From an uncultured virus (IMG/VR IMGVR_UViG_2061766007_000696) (lineage: Duplodnaviria > Heunggongvirae > Uroviricota > Caudoviricetes): 64,000 bases of DNA. The stretch lies in the IMG/VR virus record IMGVR_UViG_2061766007_000696. One strand, given 5' to 3'. Position numbers and translations under genes: made by a program. Below the pieces are notes generated by a model. It ran no database searches and was not told where the DNA came from. It saw only the letters and a list, made by a program, of their open reading frames with translations. Shown piece by piece: positions 56,765 to 64,000 of this stretch. Positions within the stretch are counted from its first letter, which is position 1; each line of letters begins with the position of its first letter.

Positions 56765-57508
56765 TTATGAGCCAAGTAAAGCGTCAAGATTTAATTCTGG
56801 TATTCTTGTTGTTGAAAATAAACTTGTATTCAGAGTATCGACATTATCAACACCATTAGCATCATCAAGGTCTACCTGGGCATCGGTAGGATTGCTGTCG
56901 GTATCTATATCTGCCTCAATGAGAATTTCCACACCCTCACCCATAGGTTCATTATCAGCATTCTTAAGTTGTAATTTGTCATCAGTAAGCATAAGATCGA
57001 CAGCTTGAGCTTTACTGTATTCACTTGAAATAGCATTGAGTTTTGCAATCTCATTATCAATTTCTAAGAAACGGTTATCAATCGCACCAAGAGAAGCATC
57101 AGGCATAAATCTGTAATAATCTTCCCAAGTGAGAATTGTTAGTTCTAGCTCACTACTATGCATTACATATGAAATCTCAGTCTCAACATCATACTTTGTA
57201 AGTGTTATTTCTATTTTGATAGTTCCAGCCATATGCGTGAATTTTGAATCAACTGGCAAAACATATCTGTACCAGTTATCTTTATAAAGACCGTCATCCG
57301 TATCACCACTCAGAGTAAGAGTTTCCATGTGACTCACATTAGCAGCATCAATATAGAGCAGGGTAGCAGTGAAACCTTCCATTTCCATATCATTTATAGT
57401 CAACGGAATAAGAACCTCTAAAATATCTACACGACTTTCACCTTGTCTTATTTTGGTATTTTTTGTCAGAACTAATTGTTTATTTTCTTTAAAAAGAATT
57501 GTGCTCAT
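56765..57508 (-). CDS. baseplate/BppU-like protein
   Basis: IRQGESRVD.., KFTHMAGTIKIEI, position in tail module. Confidence 0.55.
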   Translation of the reverse strand: MSTILFKENKQLVLTKNTKIRQGESRVDILEVLIPLTINDMEMEGFTATLLYIDAANVSHMETLTLSGDTDDGLYKDNWYRYVLPVDSKFTHMAGTIKIEITLTKYDVETEISYVMHSSELELTILTWEDYYRFMPDASLGAIDNRFLEIDNEIAKLNAISSEYSKAQAVDLMLTDDKLQLKNADNEPMGEGVEILIEADIDTDSNPTDAQVDLDDANGVDNVDTLNTSLFSTTRIPELNLDALLGS

Positions 57509-57731
57509 AAACAGGTTTACNNNNNNNNNNNNNNNNNNNNNNNNNNNNNNNNNNNNNNNNNNNNNNNNNNNNNNNNNNNNNNNNNNNNNNNNNNNNNNNN
57601 NNNNNNNNNNNNNNNNNNNNNNNNNNNNNNNNNNNNNNNNNNNNNNNNNNNNNNNNNNNNNNNNNNNNNNNNNNNNNNNNNNNNNNNNNNNNNNNNNNNN
57701 NNNNNNNNNNNNNNNNNNNNNNNNNNNNNNN

Positions 57732-58459
57732 NATTTAGTCTCTGTCTTTTTTGCGTTGACTACATTTGTTTCAGAGGGCGATAATGTTTGTTCATTTTTT
57801 ATGTTTTTAATATTGTATTTATAAATGGTATTATATTTGATCTGTCCATCAGTATTTCTTCTGAAAAAAGTCGTATATAGATATCCATTAACATAAGANN
57901 NNNNNNNNNNNNNNNNNNNNNNNNNNNNNNNNNNNNNNNNNNNNNNNNNNNNNCAAGAACAGTTCCTTTTAGAACAGCAATATCATAAAAATATTTACCA
58001 CCACTTTTCTTTGTTCCTACTACAAACTTATATCTTTTATCCTGATCCATACCTATATACGTTATACTATTGAATTCATTAACAACACCGTTTTTCTTAT
58101 AAAAGATTTCCTTTTTGATTTCCCCTTTAAGATTAACCTGTAAAAGCTGAGGATAATTTGGAGTATTCATGGTAGATATGAAGAGATATTTTTCCGCATA
58201 CGTTATTCCGTTAGCATGACGAGCAAGTTTAGCCACTTTACCATTTTTGGTCACATTATANNNNNNNNNNNNNNNNNNNNNNNNNNNNNNNNNACATTGG
58301 ATACAGAATATTATCTTTCGTTGCGCCACATGACTTTAAAACATATAAAGTATCTTTATAATTTGTCATGCTGTTAACCGCAGTGAGCTTAAAACCACCG
58401 ACAACAGGATTTGGAATTTTTTTGATCAATGAATGATTCATATTAAAATTTGTTGCCAT
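57732..58459 (-). CDS. hypothetical beta-rich protein (gap-fragmented)
   Basis: ORFs 58256-58459 and 57799-58329; HANGITY motif. Confidence 0.45.
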
Positions 58460-58821
58460 AAACTCACCTCCTTTTTCAAAACAAAAGAGCAGTACAATGA
58501 CTGCTCTTAAAAAATATAACTGTATAAAAATACATTCTGTATTCAGTTGTCAATTTATAAATTTCTGTTTATTTTTTATACGATAAATCCTTATTTAAAT
58601 GAGTTACTATAATTTNNNNNNNNNNNNNNNNNNNNNTGCATGTGTAAAATTACAGCCACACAAGAAACCTAAAAAAGCACATATAAATCCTAAAAGTACA
58701 CTCATCTTAATACCTACTTTCTATGTAACTAAAATTTCTGCTTTTACTGAGTGCCTAAAGCTATGCAATAGACACTCATATTTTGTCTGAAAAGCTATGC
58801 AATTCAGATTTCTAATTTAAA

Positions 58822-59422
58822 TTACGAGTAGACTTTTCTATAAATAACATTTATCCCATCTGTATTATTAAGTGTATAAGTTGAATTTGTAGTATTAACT
58901 AACCCAAGAGTTATTTTATTATTCGTTGCATCAATAGAANNNNNNNNNNNNGCTCATATACTCTACTGCAAATATTTCATAACCGTTTGGTATTGTAATA
59001 GATGCCCTCTCAACCGTTTTAACTGTTCCTGGAGTAAGGTTAGCCCAACCAGATAAAGTAAACCATTGTTTTTTAACTGGTGGCTGCGTTAAAGCGGAAT
59101 TTAGCGTATTAATTCCACCTGTTACAGTACCATTTCCAATAGAAGATATGTCGGTCGTTCCCAACATTTTATACAAATATCTTACATTTTTAAACATTTG
59201 AGACATCTTAGCAAATATGCTAGAATGTGTTTCATTAGTTGCTAATTGTGTTACTGATGTCCAGGAATCTGCATTAGCATCAGTAGTGTCACTAGAAGTA
59301 AATGTAGTAACATTATCTTTTGAATCGCCATCTTTGCTCATTTTTGATGTTAATAGATCAATGGGAACTCCGGCAAATGGAGAGAGTTTCCCAGTATTCG
59401 AGTCATAAATATTTGAACTCAT
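58822..59422 (-). CDS. tail-fibre-like protein (continues past the gap to ..YRKVYS)
   Basis: MSSNI..PFAGVP N-terminus shared with the 52361 gene; LGTTDISSIGNGTVTG, LNSALT. Confidence 0.7.
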
Positions 59423-59553
59423 TATGACCTCCTTTCTATATAATTAGGCATATACCTAATGTTTAATTTTAATCAAGTTTTTTATTTTTATTAAAAAGAG
59501 CGTTCGTTACCGAACGCCCTACATTATACATACACATGTGCAGTATTCTAACT

Positions 59554-60606
59554 TTAATCACAAATCATTCTGTATTGTTGAGTAACTTTTGGAGTTCTGA
59601 CTTCGGCATAATCAAGCGTAGTATTATACTGTTCATGCCCCAATATTTTCATCAATACTTCAACATCCATTCCATGATTTATAGCTTCTGTAGCCATAGT
59701 TATTCTGAATTTATGTGGATTTTTCTTTGTGACAATATTTGCTTTATTACCTATTCTTTTCAGAATGTTTTCAACACCACTATTTCCCATAGCTTCATAA
59801 TCCTTAGTTACTGAATCTCGCTTTAATCTGACAAATAATGGTCTGGATATCATATCTTCCTTTGAACGGTTTTCATTATTAAGTCTCCAATCGAGGTATC
59901 TTAATAAATAAAAGCCTGCCCTTTCTGAAAATGGTACAATACGATCTTTCTTTCCTTTACCTTGACGTATTTTTACTTCAAGATGCTGAAAGTCAACATC
60001 ATACCATCTAAGATTACATAATTCTCCAACTCTTACAGCGGTAGCAAGAAGAAATTCTACAATAGCTATATCCCTGGGACTGTCACGACAAGCAAGTTTT
60101 ATCATTTCTATTTCAGCAGTAGTAAATTTTTCTTTGATAATTTTTTCTCTTTTAATAGTGTCAATCATTTCCATGGGATTTTCATCAATAAATTTTTTCT
60201 TTTTGAGATATTTAAAGAAAGCACATNNNNNNNNNNNNNNNNNNNGTATTGGTAGCCCATTGTTTTTCATAAGAACATGTAGCAAGATAAGCTTCAATGT
60301 CTACTGAATCAATATCAACAAAATTTTTGCCAACAGATGTTCTCATATGCATAACAGCTCTTACATATTGTGTAATAGTTTTCTCAGATAACTTTCTAAC
60401 TCTTTCAGAAGCAATAAACATCTTTAGAGTATTAGCATCATTACTGTCTGATAATTCAATGAGATCATAACATTTCTTGGAAATATCAACATCTCTTAAA
60501 TGAATATANNNNNNNNNNNNNNNNNNNNNAGTTGTTCATCATCCAGAGTAGTCAGCATACTATTTAAAACACTAGTTACAAACATATCAACATTTTGCTC
60601 TGACAT
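59554..60606 (-). CDS. second tyrosine recombinase (XerD-like) embedded in the tail-fibre module
   Basis: TAVRVGE, GKGKKDR, HKFR, LGH, TTLDY; N-terminal LSEKTITQY domain. Confidence 0.9.
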
Positions 60607-60844
60607 AATACACATCCTTTCGAATTGATATTTAATATTCCATTTATATTATATCACTGGATATTTCTTTCAGAGCAAAGTTAATAATTTTTTAATTAAT
60701 TTTAGACAAAAACAATAAAGGTAGAACAAAAGAACAATACTTTTATTTAATTAAATATTCAGTTTAAGTTCATTTATAAATTCTAATTTAAATGAGTANN
60801 NNNNNNNNTTTACAGTCGATTTTTATTATGTAAAATCCACTTAA

Positions 60845-62500
60845 TTATGGCACATAAGTAGTGAGTGAAATGCTTTCAGATGATGTATATTCTACAAATA
60901 ATCGTACACTTGAACCTAGTCTTATCAAAGAGCTTGTTGCTGATATGTACTTATTTGTAAAATCACCACTCAGCATAGTTAATACTGGAGTCTCATTACT
61001 TACTTTTGTTAATGTAGCTACTTTAGCATCATTTGTTATAAGCATCATTGCAAAAGAAGCATCAGTGCTATATGAAATATTTACACCTGTCTTTGAGTTA
61101 TCAGTAATAACATTCATTACATGACAGTCAGACCAAATTCTGTCACTTAAAGCGGAATTTAGCGCAGCATCGTTGTTCAGTAAAGTGCCTATAGCATTGT
61201 TCATAGAAGTATTGGAAGAAATTGTTTCCGTTACCGTTGTTCCGGATCCTGTCTTAGATGTGGAAGTGTACAAATTACTTCCGTTATATGTATGATCTGT
61301 ATCATAATCGTAACCTGAATATGTTCCCTGATTATTATATATTCTAATAAGTTTTCCGTTGTTAGGATTAACAGCAACACCGTAAACCTGGTTAGAAGCA
61401 GTAGGGGCTACTTTCCAATAAGTATGATATTCAACATTACCTATTGTAACATCTGTAANNNNNNNNNNNNNNNNNNNNNNNNNNNTTGTTTCATGATTGA
61501 GTAATATACCTGAAACAGTTCCATCAGCAAGTGACGAAATATCATGTCCCCCAATTAAATATGGATCATCATCAATCAGATTAACAACCAAATATTTTGC
61601 CTTTTCGGAAACAGATAATTGTTCCCATTGAGCTGTTGTTCCAGTAAAAGTTGTTCCGTCAACATTATCATCCGTAATATCAATAACATCATAAATATCT
61701 TGTTCAGCAGTTGATAATGAATTCCATTCAGCCTGAGTTCCAACAAAAGTCTTAGGAGTACCAATTCCATTAGCACTACATGATTTCCATACCCAAGATG
61801 TTCCGTCGTAAACATAAGTATTATAAAATCCGGCTGTTCCAAAAATAGTGTTATTAACACCGATAGGAATAGAACTATTTTTAACAATAATATTTTTTGC
61901 GCCTGTACTATTAACATTTAATGTTACAGGTGAATTAGCAGTAGNNNNNNNNNNNNNNNNNNNNNNNNNNNNNNNNNNNNNNNNNNNNNNNNNNNNNNNN
62001 NNNNNNNNNNNNNNNNNNNNNNNNNNNNNNNNNNNNNNNNNNNNNNNNNNNNNTGATTGGGTACTTAATGCAGTACCGTTCTTATTCTTAAGTATAATAT
62101 TTCCATTTGAAATTTCAAGTGAATTTGCGTAATTAGATTTAATATTGTTACCTGACTCATCAGCTAAAGCTTTTGCAGCTGTACCAGCGACATATTCTTT
62201 ATAACCAGCTGCCTCATCTAATTTTGTATCATCAACAACAACATACATAACACCCGTATCTAACTGTCTGACTGTATCACCATTCTGAACAGTAGCAGTA
62301 GTAAGAGCGTATCTTGCAGTCTGGTCTGCTACATCCACCATACGTTCCAAAGCACCAGACGGAAGGTTTGACAGACTAAGCACATCAGACAATTGTGCCT
62401 TTTTAGTAACGCCATTTGCGTCATTAACAATCACATCAACATTTGTAGGCACAGTTGTAAGTTGATCTAATTGTTTTACCGTTTTTAATGTAATTGCCAT
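60845..62500 (-). CDS. tail fibre protein
   Basis: GTQAEW repeats, TLNVNSTGAKNI, LNSALS junction before the C-terminal domain. Confidence 0.75.
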   Translation of the reverse strand: MAITLKTVKQLDQLTTVPTNVDVIVNDANGVTKKAQLSDVLSLSNLPSGALERMVDVADQTARYALTTATVQNGDTVRQLDTGVMYVVVDDTKLDEAAGYKEYVAGTAAKALADESGNNIKSNYANSLEISNGNIILKNKNGTALSTQSXXXXXXXXXXXXXXXXXXXXXXXXXXXXXXXXXXXXXTANSPVTLNVNSTGAKNIIVKNSSIPIGVNNTIFGTAGFYNTYVYDGTSWVWKSCSANGIGTPKTFVGTQAEWNSLSTAEQDIYDVIDITDDNVDGTTFTGTTAQWEQLSVSEKAKYLVVNLIDDDPYLIGGHDISSLADGTVSGILLNHETXXXXXXXXXXTDVTIGNVEYHTYWKVAPTASNQVYGVAVNPNNGKLIRIYNNQGTYSGYDYDTDHTYNGSNLYTSTSKTGSGTTVTETISSNTSMNNAIGTLLNNDAALNSALSDRIWSDCHVMNVITDNSKTGVNISYSTDASFAMMLITNDAKVATLTKVSNETPVLTMLSGDFTNKYISATSSLIRLGSSVRLFVEYTSSESISLTTYVP

Positions 62501-62514
62501 CGCAATCTCCTTTC

Positions 62515-63714
62515 TTAAAGCAATAAGAGAGTTCCACCATCTGCATCCTCAAGAACTTTTAAGAGGTCTGCAAGATTTACAACCGTCCCATCCTGAAATG
62601 TATATGTAAGATGCGAAGCATCATGAGAACTCCAATCGGCAGCTTGTTCTGCCCAATATTTTGCATTATTAGTCGCACTAGGTTCTGTAGCCCCAGTTGT
62701 CCATTCAGCCCATTTTCTTGCAAGCTCTACTGAATCCTCAGCATCAGATGCACTCTGAGTACAGCTACTCTCAAGTGTCATAACTCTACCTTCGATTGCA
62801 GCCGCTGCATCCTCACTTGCTTTTGCAGCGTCCTCAGAATCCTTAGCATTGTCCTCCGAATTTTTAGCATTTGTTTCTGATACCTTAGCATTATCCTCCG
62901 AGGTTTTAGCATTGTCCTCAGATGTCTTTGCGTTATCTTCAGAACTCTTTGCTGCAAGTTCTGAGGCTTTAGATGCTGTTTCTGAATCTTTTGCTGCATC
63001 CTCTGATGCTTTGGCATTTGTTTCTGAAGTTGCTGCATTATCAGCTGATACACTTGCCGCATTTGCTTTTGCACCTGCGGTGTTTGCATAATTTGAAGCA
63101 TTAGTTGCAGAAGTAGCAGAAGCAGTTGCAGAATTTGCAGATTCCGTAGCAGAGGCAGTTGATTCAAGAGCTTTATTAGTAGCTGTCTGAGCAGAATTAC
63201 TAGCAGAAGTAGCAGAACTGTTTGCGGCGTTTGCTGCTGTATTACATTGCTGAACATATGTAAGTAAATCATCATATGTCATTTCTGATTTACGTATAGC
63301 GTCAACTAATAATTGGAATTCATTTGATGAGATAACCTCATTAGCATCAAATGATTCAGTAACTATGACACAAAATGGGAAACTCTTTAGCTGAGTGCTA
63401 CTAGATATATCTACAATACCAATCTGTAAATTTACTCTGCCAGGTACAGCGGTCATTTGATAAGTAATCTCAAATGTGATTTTATTATTTGATATAGTAC
63501 CCTCATTAACAATCTGAGTTCCGTCAGGTTTTTCACCCACTACAATTGCTTTAGTACCTGAGGGTATTGTATAGGGTAAGCCATTTGATACGAGAGTAAC
63601 AGATACATATCTGGCACCATTTCCATCACCTTGTACAGCAGGAATAAACATAAAGTTATTATTAGAGGATAACTCTATAACATATTCATGTGTAATAGGA
63701 GTTATATTTCCCAT
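62515..63714 (-). CDS. BppU-like baseplate protein with Ala/Ser heptad repeats
   Basis: AVQGD..R, KPDGT; SEDNAKT-type tandem repeats; NNAKYW. Confidence 0.75.
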   Translation of the reverse strand: MGNITPITHEYVIELSSNNNFMFIPAVQGDGNGARYVSVTLVSNGLPYTIPSGTKAIVVGEKPDGTQIVNEGTISNNKITFEITYQMTAVPGRVNLQIGIVDISSSTQLKSFPFCVIVTESFDANEVISSNEFQLLVDAIRKSEMTYDDLLTYVQQCNTAANAANSSATSASNSAQTATNKALESTASATESANSATASATSATNASNYANTAGAKANAASVSADNAATSETNAKASEDAAKDSETASKASELAAKSSEDNAKTSEDNAKTSEDNAKVSETNAKNSEDNAKDSEDAAKASEDAAAAIEGRVMTLESSCTQSASDAEDSVELARKWAEWTTGATEPSATNNAKYWAEQAADWSSHDASHLTYTFQDGTVVNLADLLKVLEDADGGTLLLL

Positions 63715-63744
63715 ATTTCCTCCTTTCCGCAATTAAACAGACAT

Positions 63745-63936
63745 TTAATCGCATTTTTCTTCTTCTTCAGGTTGCTCCATTTGTTCCCTGGTTGCCTCCT
63801 TCTGAAGTTGTTGCGTATAAAGAGATCCAACATCTCTTGTGATATCTTTTAATATAAAAAAGACTACCCCAACGTCCAATCCGCTTGACTGGATATCATT
63901 GAGAATAGTCTGCTTGAATTTTTCATATTTAAGCAT
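63745..63936 (-). CDS. small tail-module protein
   Basis: 63-aa ORF with aagga SD. Confidence 0.5.
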   Translation of the reverse strand: MLKYEKFKQTILNDIQSSGLDVGVVFFILKDITRDVGSLYTQQLQKEATREQMEQPEEEEKCD

Positions 63937-64000
63937 TCTTTATCCTTTCAATCTCATTTTCTAATTCATCTATTCGTTTATATAATTTTTGAATCATGTG

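Noticed and set aside
52361..62500. Diversity-generating retroelement acting on fibre tips
   Set aside because: No reverse transcriptase and no TR/VR pair with adenine-specific mismatches is visible in this window.
62790..63060. 21-bp periodic repeats
   Set aside because: Explained by SEDNAKT-type heptads that are common in baseplate and fibre stalk proteins.
1..64000. Stop-codon reassignment
   Set aside because: Long conserved genes read through under code 11, TAA, TGA and TAG all end genes, and no suppressor tRNA was seen.

Overview
This AT-rich, gap-ridden (many N runs) window is part of a large temperate tailed phage or prophage, most likely of a Clostridia/Lachnospiraceae-type host (inferred from the sigma-A promoters, SD motifs and the HPr-like, NrdD and IS605 content). 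Bases 1-49.3 kb are a + strand early/middle arm. It carries five DNA methyltransferases, several HNH endonucleases, a TnpB element with two omega-RNA ends, three 'ETNSSSxHS'-motif paralogues next to a radical SAM enzyme, HD hydrolase and RNA ligase, an ABC/PspA/OmpA operon, a nicotinamidase-vWA-PP2C-kinase module, DnaE, tRNAs and tRNA-like RNAs, NrdH/D/G, dUTPase and a cassette-like array of short ORFs. Xis, integrase and a probable attP lie at about 49-50.7 kb. From 50.9 kb to the end is the - strand end of the late arm: endolysin, a type I toxin-antitoxin-like locus, tail/fibre genes and a second tyrosine recombinase. The four best leads are: (1) an identical 15-bp recombinase-like site at the constant/variable junction of three tail-fibre-like genes around the second recombinase; (2) the NSSS-motif and radical SAM cluster; (3) a family of tRNA-shaped RNAs whose anticodon arm is deleted, enlarged or possibly replaced by an HNH gene; (4) the MGMSIDE cassette array. 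Many apparent frameshifts fall at N gaps and are treated as assembly artefacts.
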